A stretch of DNA of 64,000 nucleotides from a virus. Both the position numbers and the translations under genes were made by a program. Below, one piece after another: positions 19,502 through 28,619 of this stretch. The notes beneath the pieces are model-generated. The model saw only the letters and a list, made by a program, of their open reading frames with translations. It was not told where the DNA came from and ran no database searches. Position 1 is the first letter of the stretch. Every line of letters begins with the position of its first letter. Where the stretch lies: IMG/VR virus record IMGVR_UViG_3300045988_165212. One strand, 5' to 3'.

Positions 19502-19537
19502 AGCATCCGATGCCTTGACAGCTTCGGATGCTTTTTT
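19502..19537. terminator. bidirectional rho-independent terminator
   Basis: AGCATCCGA (19502-19510) pairs with TCGGATGCT (19524-19532). T-run on the plus side and an A-run/T-rich flank on the other. Sits between convergent genes. Confidence 0.7.
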
Positions 19538-19563
19538 AATGTCCTTCGGATGTCGTTTGACCC

Positions 19564-20046
19564 TTACTGATACAAGCTCAAATCAAAAGCATCCTTCTTC
19601 TTCCATCCCTCAGCCAAGGTGTTTTGCACATATTCGGTGGCTTTCAGATAAAAGTCGGCGAGTTCTTCAAGTGTGTCAAACGTATGGTATGACGGTTCAT
19701 CCTCAGTTCCAAACTTGAACGTTACTGGCAGCGTCTTTCCTTCCGTTTGCACGGCAAGGTCATAAGCAGCCTTATAGTTGAACTGGTTTTCAGTGGATAG
19801 CCACACTGCCTGACCCTTATATGTGAAGCCAGAAATGATGGCTTGGTCAGTCTGTTCGTTGTACCAGTCCAAGACGGTTCGCTTGATGTCATCCACAGAA
19901 GGCTTGCCATTGGTAAACTCTGCCTCCATGTAGTTGGCCGAACCGTCCTCTTTAACTATGACATCCCAACGGATGCGCCATTTGTTCTTGACGGGGTTCA
20001 CGCATTCAAGCAGTTTCACCACCGCACTTCCTTCTGTTCGTTTCAT
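19564..20046 (-). CDS. hypothetical protein translationally coupled to the DGR RT (possibly DUF4376-like)
   Basis: 160 aa. Its start overlaps the RT stop (TAATG). No Avd-like features. Confidence 0.55.
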   Translation of the reverse strand: MKRTEGSAVVKLLECVNPVKNKWRIRWDVIVKEDGSANYMEAEFTNGKPSVDDIKRTVLDWYNEQTDQAIISGFTYKGQAVWLSTENQFNYKAAYDLAVQTEGKTLPVTFKFGTEDEPSYHTFDTLEELADFYLKATEYVQNTLAEGWKKKDAFDLSLYQ

Positions 20047-21347
20047 TAGCTAAATACGTATTTGGTTCTACCTTTGCCAAATGTCTCTGTTCTGATAGTT
20101 GTCTCAAAAGGCAAGCCATCTGGCAGTTCACTAATCTGTTGGAGAATATTCTTCATTTCCTCCGAATTGGTGAAAAACTTCTTTGCCTCACCGTTCTGTT
20201 CGATGGAGACAATGCAGCGGTCTTCGCCTTGCTCAGTCTTGATGCCAAGCTCGAAGTCCTTCACGATGATTGGTAAGTTCACTAATTCCCTGATGCTTAC
20301 CACTGACCCAGGGAAACGCTTCTTGCCATCCGCTGGCTTATAAGAAACGTTCAAATCTTTAAATGATCTCATTGTTTTGCCTGTTAATTTATTAAACAAT
20401 CTATTACAGTCGGCGTGCTTTGTCATGCCATAGAAACTGGCAATCAGCTCACGCCTTCTTTTCCTCGATTTAACCTCGTGCATTTTTCGGGCAAACTTCT
20501 GCTTGATACGCTTGCGTATCGCCACATGGTCGGGATATATGACATATCCCAAGAAGTCAATGCCCTCATCCACTGGGAACACCCTTTCATTTGGCTTTAT
20601 CTCCAAATCAATCTGGTTCACCTGAGAGTGGATAATTTCACGAATCACCCATAATTCCGCTTTCGTTTTACCAAGCACAAGGCCGTCATCACAATATCTG
20701 TAGAAATGAGCGACCCCACACTTATCTTTCAAATAGTGGTCTAAAAATACAGACAACAACAAGTTGCCAGTGGCTTGCGAGCTTCTTAGTCCAAAGCTGA
20801 TGCCTCTGTCCAGCATGGTAACAAAGGATTCCAACATAACGAGCAGCTTCTGGTCTTTGAACACACGGCGGTAGCACCACATGGCAAAGTCTTGACGAAC
20901 ATTCTCATAGAAATGTCTGATGTCAAACTTGTAGGCATATAGCGTGCCTTCTGGGTCATGCTGCATATCTTGACGAATTACCTTCATAAGGTCGTGCGTG
21001 CCACGTTCCTTGATGGATGCTGCTGTTGTGCGTATGTAACGTCTTTGCAGATGTCTGTCCACCACGGACATTATAGCATGGACACCTATGCGGTCTTTCA
21101 TCGAAAGAATCTGCAAGTTCCTTTCTTTGCCGTATTCGTGGATTGTGCGCTCACGGTAGCCACTCACACGGAAAGAGCCATTGGCAATTTGCTCTGTTAG
21201 CTCCTTAATCACCTCTTCACGATGCGCAAGCAAGTAGCGTCCCTGACGTGAGCGTTTCCGCTTCTTGCCACGGAGAACTTCATCAAACGACTCTGACATA
21301 TTGGAGTAGTCAATGATTTCTTCTATGATGTAACCTTCTCTACGCAT
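20046..21347 (-). CDS. DGR-type reverse transcriptase with a ~130-aa C-terminal extension
   Basis: RT motifs: GKERNLQILSMKDRIGVHAI, YAYKFDIRHFYENV, GLRSSQATGNLLLSVFLDHYL, FYRYCDDGLVLG and GIDFLGYVI. Adjacent to the Asn-codon-rich repeat. Confidence 0.9.
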   Translation of the reverse strand: MRREGYIIEEIIDYSNMSESFDEVLRGKKRKRSRQGRYLLAHREEVIKELTEQIANGSFRVSGYRERTIHEYGKERNLQILSMKDRIGVHAIMSVVDRHLQRRYIRTTAASIKERGTHDLMKVIRQDMQHDPEGTLYAYKFDIRHFYENVRQDFAMWCYRRVFKDQKLLVMLESFVTMLDRGISFGLRSSQATGNLLLSVFLDHYLKDKCGVAHFYRYCDDGLVLGKTKAELWVIREIIHSQVNQIDLEIKPNERVFPVDEGIDFLGYVIYPDHVAIRKRIKQKFARKMHEVKSRKRRRELIASFYGMTKHADCNRLFNKLTGKTMRSFKDLNVSYKPADGKKRFPGSVVSIRELVNLPIIVKDFELGIKTEQGEDRCIVSIEQNGEAKKFFTNSEEMKNILQQISELPDGLPFETTIRTETFGKGRTKYVFS

Positions 21348-21497
21348 TGTTAATAATTTTATGGCCTTTTGGCCTTCCTGTCTCTGGGCCTGACTTCTTC
21401 GAGCCGTAAGAACGGCCTACCAAACTCCACCCAACACTTGATTTTTCAGCTTTCCCATATTGGTAGTTTGCTGAGGTTCGTTTCCCTCGGCTCCATG
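21348..21497 (-). ncRNA. 150-nt spacer between the DGR repeat and the RT (candidate DGR RNA spacer)
   Basis: Non-coding. Contains small hairpins, e.g. GCCGT-TCTT-ACGGC and GGCC-AAAA-GGCC. Position analogous to the TR-Sp-RT arrangement. Confidence 0.35.
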
Positions 21498-21664
21498 TTA
21501 GGAATCACGTCCCTGGTATGGTAGGCCGATTGATGGTGTAATCAGTTTGTCCAGGCGTGAGCCGACATTCGCATTCGCATTCGCTGCATCGTTATTCGCA
21601 TTCGCATTCACGACACCGCCATTCGCATTCGCGTTGTTGTACCCACGATAAACCACACGGCTTA
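21498..21664 (-). repeat. DGR repeat copy in VR position (in-frame 3' end of the tail-fibre ORF)
   Basis: Encodes SRVVYRGYNNANANGGVVNANANNDAANANANVGSRLDKL...; 11 AAY codons in 27 residues. Identical to 48213..48379. Confidence 0.7.
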
Positions 21665-24600
21665 CTGATGTGCTTATCCAATATATATCACTATAATATG
21701 TACTGGACGAACCGCTGACATTACCAACAGGCACAACATCCATGTATTTGCCATGATAAACGGCTGTTACCCAGTTTCCGCTGTTAGTCGTACCTTTTAC
21801 CATTCGTGTGCTTCCGTCTGGCATCCAAATGCGCCACTTGCCAGCATTGCCACTGTCATTTGGCAAATCCACATTGTCCATCATATCGTACTTGTTGCCG
21901 AATATGTCTTCATAACCCAAACAACAAGTATTATTTACTTGCTTGACATCTACGGCTCCATATTCACCATTAACCTTGTACCAAGCGTATTGGTTCACCA
22001 AGTTGTCAATGAGCGAATTTGTGACATTTGCGTTGATTGCCTTTGCAGCCTTGTAGCCAATGGTGTCAGTCATACCGTATGCCATTGTTCCGCCTGTAGT
22101 TCTCATGTTGGTGTGCTGACCTGCTCCACATTGATCTTGGGCATCCCTACGACCATACTTGGCAAAGAACAAGTTGGCAATGGCACTGTGCATACTTGCG
22201 TCAATCTGCTGCATACCACGTTGAACACTGTAATAATGGAAGTCGCTCCATGCCATGTTTGCTGTGGTGCTGCCACCAGTAACCACAGCCCTAAGTTTAT
22301 CACCCACAACGGAACTTCCAACAGTTGCACACAAACAATCATCCTCATTGACCCAATCGGGTTCCATATCCTCAATCTTGTCGCTGTTGCTCAATACCAC
22401 CTTGTCAAACTCAGCGGTCTGCAATACAGTAAAGTTGAGGTATGTCGCATCAGAAGGAATGTCGGAAATCAAGTACATACCTGCCTCAAACTTATTGCTA
22501 AGTGTTGGCACAACGATGGTTTTGACTACCTTTCCCGAATCATCCGTGAAAATGCTTCCAACAAGATTGCTGCCTGGCACAGAAGGAAAACGAACACGCT
22601 TATAGCCTGATACAGACACACGACAAACGGCATAGCTGCTATCTGCTGTATATGAGTTTTGCAAGGTGTTCTTGCCACTCATTACCTTATATCCTTTGCG
22701 ATAATTGCCACCATTTTGTATTTCACTCAGCAAAATGACTGTTGCTTTCGGAACAGATGGCATGGCAACATTACTACTGTAGCAGCTATAATGCTTACCA
22801 TTCAGGTAGTCATTGATTCCCTTGATCCATCTGTGAGGCTCGAACATCATAATGTCGCCCTCTGAGCCATCCAACTTTGCTGCGGTGCAATTAGCCACCT
22901 CTGCTGCATCTGCATAATAATTGGAGTTCTCATCATGCAATGGATATATGGTGACAATGCCATCAAGATTGTTTGCAATGGTATCAACACCAGCTATCTT
23001 GATGTTTCTTGTTGTAGGCTTCTTTGTAACCTTGGCAAGAACACGATGACGCTTCTTCAAAAGTGCCGTGATATGACCACTTGGCACATAGTCATTGCCA
23101 TACTTATAGCCAGTCTTATTGTCAAGGTTGGACACATTGGCATCATCCGCAACAGTGTCATCAAACTCAATCATCGTGTATTCTGGTTGAATGATGTTCA
23201 GCTCTGGGAAATGTTCTTGCCACTTCTTGTATTCTTCATCAGCTATGTATGAAGTGAGGCGATAAGTGCCAACCAGACGGCATGAATCCACATTGCCACC
23301 GTTTTCATCAACACCACCCATCGAAAGCATATTCTTTAGCATGGTTCCGTCACCTTCCATGTCTATGCCTGTAATTCGTAGATACTTCACTTTGCTGCAT
23401 CTGCTGTAAAGTGTCTGCCAATTTATCAATGGGCAATTATCCACAACCAGACGTGTGACATTTGAGGTTCCTTCAAGTGTGAGACCACTGTTTGTGAGCT
23501 TGCTCAGATAGCGGAGTTCCAAGGTTTGCAGCGTTGAAGGCAACACAACTGTCTTCAATGGTGAACCTTGTGCGAAGCTCACGCCTGTCAAAGCACTCTT
23601 CCCTGCACGGAATGTTTCCAGCTTGGTGTTTGCGCTCAAATCAATGCCTGTGAAGCTGGTGGATTTCAAACCAGTCATATTGAGCGTGCGAAGGTTCTTG
23701 CATCCGTTCACAAGCAATGCGTTGAGCGTTGTCTGTGTCGCAGCACAACTTACATCAAGCGTGCGAAGTGCCGAACAGTTGTTGAGGTTCAACGTCTGCA
23801 AGATGGCATGGCTCACGTCCGTAAGGTCAAGCCCCATGATGCGACTTGCACCATACACGTATTGTGGATCATTCACAATCAAGTCGGTGTCAAGTGTCAG
23901 TTGCACCATACTGCCTGTGTCTTCTGCCAGGACTGCACTCTGATGCGGTGTGCCACTCGTATAGCCATAACCGAAATAATAACGCTCACTTGACGTTATC
24001 TTTATCTTTCGGTTGTCGCTACCGAACTTATAGCCAAAGTAAGCAGCAAAGCTATCCTTGCGGTATGTACCACACACATATTGGCTATCCAGCAGCGCAA
24101 AACGGTTTTGGATGGTGAACGTGCGGTGTGCGTAACGGCTTCCCTGCAAGGCATAGAGGTAATTGTAATAATTCGTTCCATCCGCTGATGTCACGCCTTC
24201 CGTCAAAGGAGTGATATACTTGTATATGCCATCCTTGTTGTAGATTCGTTCACACCAGTTGCCCATCTGTTCCACATTGAACATATTAAGCACATATTCG
24301 AGGCTCATGTTTGAGCGAATCTTGTCAGCCACCTCTCTCAATTTGTCTGGGCATCCTCTGACAAGTTCCCAAAGAACGCTGTCATGTCCAGCAAAGGCAT
24401 AGGAGCCAATGCTTTCATCCAAGGTTTCCCATGTAATGGTATAGTCATACTTCAAGACGGAATCATTGCGCTCACCAAAGATGGTGTCCATGTCGTATGG
24501 AATGAACTGCCAGTGAAGACCGTCCCATGTGACAAGCATCATGTTCTTGGCACGGTTATCCACCGCCATGAAATAGTCCGTTATCACATACCATGCAAAT

Positions 24601-27600
24601 GGGCTGTCATTGTCAAAGTAATCATTGTACTCTGCATAGAACTTGCTTGGATTTCCCTTGCATGAGAGAATCCACGACCAAAGACGCTTGACCGCTGCCT
24701 TGTCTTCCTCATTGGCGGTTTCCCAAGTGTCATCAGCCTTGAAACGGAACTCCAGGGCATCGGCAAATGAAGTCATGTCAGCCGTACCAAACAAGCAAAG
24801 TGTCTCAGAGTTGTTCAAGAACTCCAAGCAGATACATTTGTTTCGCTGTCCGTTCAAAGCTGCTGCATCATTGAAGCCCTCAATGCCCTCAAAGCCATAG
24901 ATGGCTGCACTGCCACTTTTCTCATTGTTGAAATTGTACTTGCCAAGGTAGATGTTTTCACCAGTATTGTCATTGTCATAGAACAAATCAATAGGGAAAC
25001 CATCCACACCAATACGGACATCATAGTTGCCTGTATATGTCTTTTGTGGTGGTGTGAGCCATCCGCAACGCTTCCAGATGTCATTGACTATCTTCACGGC
25101 TCCAGTGTTATGAGTGGAAGAGGAATCTGAGAAATCCGCTTTCAAACAGAAAATATTTATTGGACGTGCGCCTGGCTTGAATGAATAGGTACATTCAGGA
25201 ACTTCCACACCATTCACATACAGCTTGGTTCCATACTTGCTTGAACGGCTGAAATACAAGCGGTAGTTCTTTCTTGGATAAGTGGTTGATGATGTTCCCT
25301 GTATGCGCAATCCGCACTGGTATATGATGAAATCATATTCCTTGCCATAGGCAGAATAGAAATAGATGTCAACAGGCACTTCAAACTTCTTGTTGTTGGT
25401 CTGATTCACAAGATTCACATCGCCCACAATGCGCATCACGCTCTTGCCCTTGGCTCTGAGCTTATCCATATCAACGTCCGTACCTTCATCATTCATCACC
25501 TGATTGTTCTCGAACAGCACAACCATTTCATCAGTAGTAGGACGATCCACCATGTAGTTGGCAAGTTCTTCATCATCGCCAAGCGCACGGTTATAGACAC
25601 GGATGTTTCTCAGTTCCACATCTGCACTATCGCTTCCAACCTTGATGTTGACAGGTGTCGATTGCAAAAGACTGTCGGTGTTGGCATACTGCTTCGCACC
25701 GCAAAGAATACCGTTTACATAGAGTTCCAACAGACGGTTGCCAGACTTCTCTTGCACGACAAAGGCAATTTTCAAGTTCAAGCCACTCGCAAAAAGCGTA
25801 TTGACCTCCGTTCCTGCCCCTGTTCTCATTATAGCCTCTTGTGTGGTCAGCTTGAAGCCGACATTGCCATTCATGCAATCAATGACAACACCGTTTCTGT
25901 CTGTCACATTGGAACACATCAGTTCCATTTCATAAGTGGCTCCATTGGTTGTGGCATCGCTCTTGAATGGTGTGTAACCGATTTCGATGTTTGCCCCATT
26001 GGTCAGTTTCAAAGCGTCACCAGTCCATCCGTTGCTTTTCCAGTCAAAGCCATTGAACGTGGTTCTAATGCCGTTATAAGTCCATTCGGACGGTGTACTT
26101 TCACTGTTGCTTCTGCCTGATGCTGTAAGTTTCAGTTGCAAGCCAGATGTTGTCTCATTCAGGTCAATGCCACTTTCATTCACATCAATGTAGAAATTGT
26201 ATTCAGTGACACCACACTTGAATTTCATTTGGTTTGTTCCCTTTTCAAGGAATCGGTTTGTGTAAATCTGTGTGGTTCTTGGCACACTTACATTCTGCGT
26301 CTTGATGTCATTGCGATATACAGACACATCCGCTGGTGTCGCTGTTGGGTCATAGGCAACGAACTCAAATTTTACTTGCTCATATTGTCCAGCTTCCAAA
26401 GTTGGTGCCAAATGGTCTTTTGTAAAGATACGACCATCCGAGTGCGTCATCATGGTTCCGATAAAAGGCGAATTGCTGCCTGTTTTCAGAATATCCATAT
26501 AGATGCTATCGCTCTTCAAGGTCAAGTCTGCACTTGCCTCCATTTCTGCCACCATTTGGATGGTGTGCCTTCCCACACTGAATGCGGTCATTGACAACGA
26601 GAAACTGCTGTTGGTCGTTCCGCTTCGTGTTATGGTGTGGGCATTCTGCTGTTTGCCATCCACATAAAGCGTCACCACCTTGGTTCCCGAGCCACTTATT
26701 GCGTATGGAATACTGATGGTCTCGTTTGTCCCATAGCCACCCTTTGCAATGGCTTCTGCAAGGTTGAAACTGCTTGCCAGGGATAACGTCACGACCTTTA
26801 CGCTCACATAGCTCTGTTTCATCTGCTTCTTGCCAGTTGTCGGATCAGTAGTGGATGCTTTTACATATATGTCGGTTGTACCAACCTGCAAGTATTTGGA
26901 GAGGTCAAGCGTATAACTTCCCTTGCTCACATCCTCGATGGTGTCATGGTACATGGTGATTGAACCACGTTTCATTTCAATCTCAATGGTTGCTTTCTGG
27001 CCTGTTGACGTACCTTTCTCATCACCGCTGCTATATTGGTGGTCGTAAGAGTATGTGAGTTGCGCACTGCCACCTTCCTTGATGACACTGTTGTTGACGG
27101 ATGCGCCCAATACAATCTTTGTGGTGGAAGTTTCACCACCACCGCCACCTTTTCCTGCTGGTATGTCCAAGCCCACGACTTCCGCACCACTCTTGTTGGT
27201 TAAGGTAAGATGTACCGTGCTTTCATCCTCACTAAGTTCAGCATTGCCACCAAAGATGGTGTTTGCCTCCACCTCATTGAGCTTCGCCGTCACTGCTGAG
27301 TTCTGCACAGGGTTCGTGCTGTTTGCGTCAAGACTTTCATCAACCTCAGTTTCCTTGATGGTCACATTCACGTTGCCAGTGGAATCAGGTGTTTGCTTCG
27401 TGCCATTTACCGTTATACTCTTGACAGTCCCTGCACCGCCGAAATCTTCCCAACTTGAAATTGATTCCCAGCTTGAAAGATTCGTGCCAATGAATTGCTT
27501 GGTCTCCCACTTGCCTTGTGATACCTCATAAGTTATGCAACGTCCCTTGGCACGCTGCTTTTCCTCCACTGCTTTGATGGCAGTGGCAAGCGTATAGTAA

Positions 27601-28322
27601 CCGTTTTCAAGCGGAACTTGCTCAGTCACATTGTACGTGTTACCGCCACCGCTGCCACTGATTTCAACAAGGTCATTTTCTTCATCGCTCCAAACATAGA
27701 GAACATCACCACAAAGATAAACCTTGTTTTTCTGTATGCTTGAAACATCCTCACCACGGTACAATTCCGCATTGGGAACACCTTCAACAGCCCAGTTGCC
27801 GTAATACTTGCCACCCACATAATAGGCAAATTGCTTTTGGCTCTGCACATAGACGATTACACCGCCCTTGGCAATGGATGATTGAAGTTGTATTGTGGCA
27901 GATTCCACCATATAGGAAAAACGTGCCGTTGCACCATTGAAAGCAGCCTTGGCTACATTCTCGTATTTAGCCACAACCTCAGATGCAGCAGCCACAGCAC
28001 TATTAGCTTCTTCCGCTGCATCAGAAGCTGCTGACGCGGCTGCATTGGCTGCACTTGCAGCAGAATTTGCGACCTGTGTGATAGAATACACGGTTTGCGC
28101 TGCTTCCGTTGCTCGATTTGCTGCACTTACTGCATTTGCCACAGCATCCTCCGCTGGTTTGGTCAGCAGCTTTATTGGCGCACTCACTACTTCCTCACCT
28201 CGTAAGGCTGGAAGGCTCATAATACCGTCCAAGCTATCTACTTGCTCCAGTTCATCTACACCTTGCGATTCAGCTTTCATCGCATTGAGTAGTTCTTGCT
28301 TCTCTTCGTTTGTCAATGCCAT
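21498..28322 (-). CDS. giant tail fibre / receptor-binding protein, DGR target (LamG-like, CotH-like, LRR and C-terminal lectin-like/VR domains)
   Basis: 2274 aa. LamG-like LELYVNGILCG..IRVYNRALGDDE. CotH-like YPRKNYRLYF, LKADFSDSS and NRAKNMMLVTWDGLHWQFIPYDMDTIFG. LRR run NCSALRTLDVS..CKNLRTLNMTGL... C-terminus has CLGYEDIFGNKYDMMDNV plus the VR. Confidence 0.85.
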   Translation of the reverse strand: MALTNEEKQELLNAMKAESQGVDELEQVDSLDGIMSLPALRGEEVVSAPIKLLTKPAEDAVANAVSAANRATEAAQTVYSITQVANSAASAANAAASAASDAAEEANSAVAAASEVVAKYENVAKAAFNGATARFSYMVESATIQLQSSIAKGGVIVYVQSQKQFAYYVGGKYYGNWAVEGVPNAELYRGEDVSSIQKNKVYLCGDVLYVWSDEENDLVEISGSGGGNTYNVTEQVPLENGYYTLATAIKAVEEKQRAKGRCITYEVSQGKWETKQFIGTNLSSWESISSWEDFGGAGTVKSITVNGTKQTPDSTGNVNVTIKETEVDESLDANSTNPVQNSAVTAKLNEVEANTIFGGNAELSEDESTVHLTLTNKSGAEVVGLDIPAGKGGGGGETSTTKIVLGASVNNSVIKEGGSAQLTYSYDHQYSSGDEKGTSTGQKATIEIEMKRGSITMYHDTIEDVSKGSYTLDLSKYLQVGTTDIYVKASTTDPTTGKKQMKQSYVSVKVVTLSLASSFNLAEAIAKGGYGTNETISIPYAISGSGTKVVTLYVDGKQQNAHTITRSGTTNSSFSLSMTAFSVGRHTIQMVAEMEASADLTLKSDSIYMDILKTGSNSPFIGTMMTHSDGRIFTKDHLAPTLEAGQYEQVKFEFVAYDPTATPADVSVYRNDIKTQNVSVPRTTQIYTNRFLEKGTNQMKFKCGVTEYNFYIDVNESGIDLNETTSGLQLKLTASGRSNSESTPSEWTYNGIRTTFNGFDWKSNGWTGDALKLTNGANIEIGYTPFKSDATTNGATYEMELMCSNVTDRNGVVIDCMNGNVGFKLTTQEAIMRTGAGTEVNTLFASGLNLKIAFVVQEKSGNRLLELYVNGILCGAKQYANTDSLLQSTPVNIKVGSDSADVELRNIRVYNRALGDDEELANYMVDRPTTDEMVVLFENNQVMNDEGTDVDMDKLRAKGKSVMRIVGDVNLVNQTNNKKFEVPVDIYFYSAYGKEYDFIIYQCGLRIQGTSSTTYPRKNYRLYFSRSSKYGTKLYVNGVEVPECTYSFKPGARPINIFCLKADFSDSSSTHNTGAVKIVNDIWKRCGWLTPPQKTYTGNYDVRIGVDGFPIDLFYDNDNTGENIYLGKYNFNNEKSGSAAIYGFEGIEGFNDAAALNGQRNKCICLEFLNNSETLCLFGTADMTSFADALEFRFKADDTWETANEEDKAAVKRLWSWILSCKGNPSKFYAEYNDYFDNDSPFAWYVITDYFMAVDNRAKNMMLVTWDGLHWQFIPYDMDTIFGERNDSVLKYDYTITWETLDESIGSYAFAGHDSVLWELVRGCPDKLREVADKIRSNMSLEYVLNMFNVEQMGNWCERIYNKDGIYKYITPLTEGVTSADGTNYYNYLYALQGSRYAHRTFTIQNRFALLDSQYVCGTYRKDSFAAYFGYKFGSDNRKIKITSSERYYFGYGYTSGTPHQSAVLAEDTGSMVQLTLDTDLIVNDPQYVYGASRIMGLDLTDVSHAILQTLNLNNCSALRTLDVSCAATQTTLNALLVNGCKNLRTLNMTGLKSTSFTGIDLSANTKLETFRAGKSALTGVSFAQGSPLKTVVLPSTLQTLELRYLSKLTNSGLTLEGTSNVTRLVVDNCPLINWQTLYSRCSKVKYLRITGIDMEGDGTMLKNMLSMGGVDENGGNVDSCRLVGTYRLTSYIADEEYKKWQEHFPELNIIQPEYTMIEFDDTVADDANVSNLDNKTGYKYGNDYVPSGHITALLKKRHRVLAKVTKKPTTRNIKIAGVDTIANNLDGIVTIYPLHDENSNYYADAAEVANCTAAKLDGSEGDIMMFEPHRWIKGINDYLNGKHYSCYSSNVAMPSVPKATVILLSEIQNGGNYRKGYKVMSGKNTLQNSYTADSSYAVCRVSVSGYKRVRFPSVPGSNLVGSIFTDDSGKVVKTIVVPTLSNKFEAGMYLISDIPSDATYLNFTVLQTAEFDKVVLSNSDKIEDMEPDWVNEDDCLCATVGSSVVGDKLRAVVTGGSTTANMAWSDFHYYSVQRGMQQIDASMHSAIANLFFAKYGRRDAQDQCGAGQHTNMRTTGGTMAYGMTDTIGYKAAKAINANVTNSLIDNLVNQYAWYKVNGEYGAVDVKQVNNTCCLGYEDIFGNKYDMMDNVDLPNDSGNAGKWRIWMPDGSTRMVKGTTNSGNWVTAVYHGKYMDVVPVGNVSGSSSTYYSDIYWISTSVSRVVYRGYNNANANGGVVNANANNDAANANANVGSRLDKLITPSIGLPYQGRDS

Positions 28323-28324
28323 AG

Positions 28325-28609
28325 TTATTCGTTTTTATCCGTTTGACAATTTAGTTGCTCATTCAAAGCGTCTATGATACTTGGAAAACAATAGTGTTCC
28401 ACAAGTTCTTTTATGAGATTGACTTCATCATCGGAAAATTCCGTTGCACCATTGCTCTCATATATTTTGAAAGCCAAATGATGTGCTTTTATTCCCATGG
28501 AACGAGTGTAAACCAAATTTGCAATGGTTTCACGAGCGTCACCTGTTTGCTTTCTTTTTTTACTAATCCCTACAGGAATAGTGAAATTTTGAAAATCTAT
28601 TTTTGCCAT
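28325..28609 (-). CDS. hypothetical protein
   Basis: 94-aa ORF between the baseplate and tail-fibre genes. Confidence 0.45.
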   Translation of the reverse strand: MAKIDFQNFTIPVGISKKRKQTGDARETIANLVYTRSMGIKAHHLAFKIYESNGATEFSDDEVNLIKELVEHYCFPSIIDALNEQLNCQTDKNE

Positions 28610-28619
28610 ATCTTGTTTT

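Larger units (their letters stand above)
5877..21664. repeat. left arm of a 15,788-bp perfect inverted duplication
   Basis: Every ORF here has an identical mirrored ORF at 69877-x. Intergenic spot checks are also exact (10561-10640 vs 59238-59317; 21361-21420 vs 48457-48516; 10141-10240 vs 59637-59736). The outer limit is set by the window edge. Confidence 0.95.

Noticed and set aside
21530-21640. The GCGAAT/ATTCGC periodic stretch as a microsatellite or CRISPR-like array.
   Set aside because: It is only ~70 nt with irregular units and no spacer/repeat organisation. It lies in frame at a protein C-terminus next to an RT, so the DGR repeat explanation fits better.
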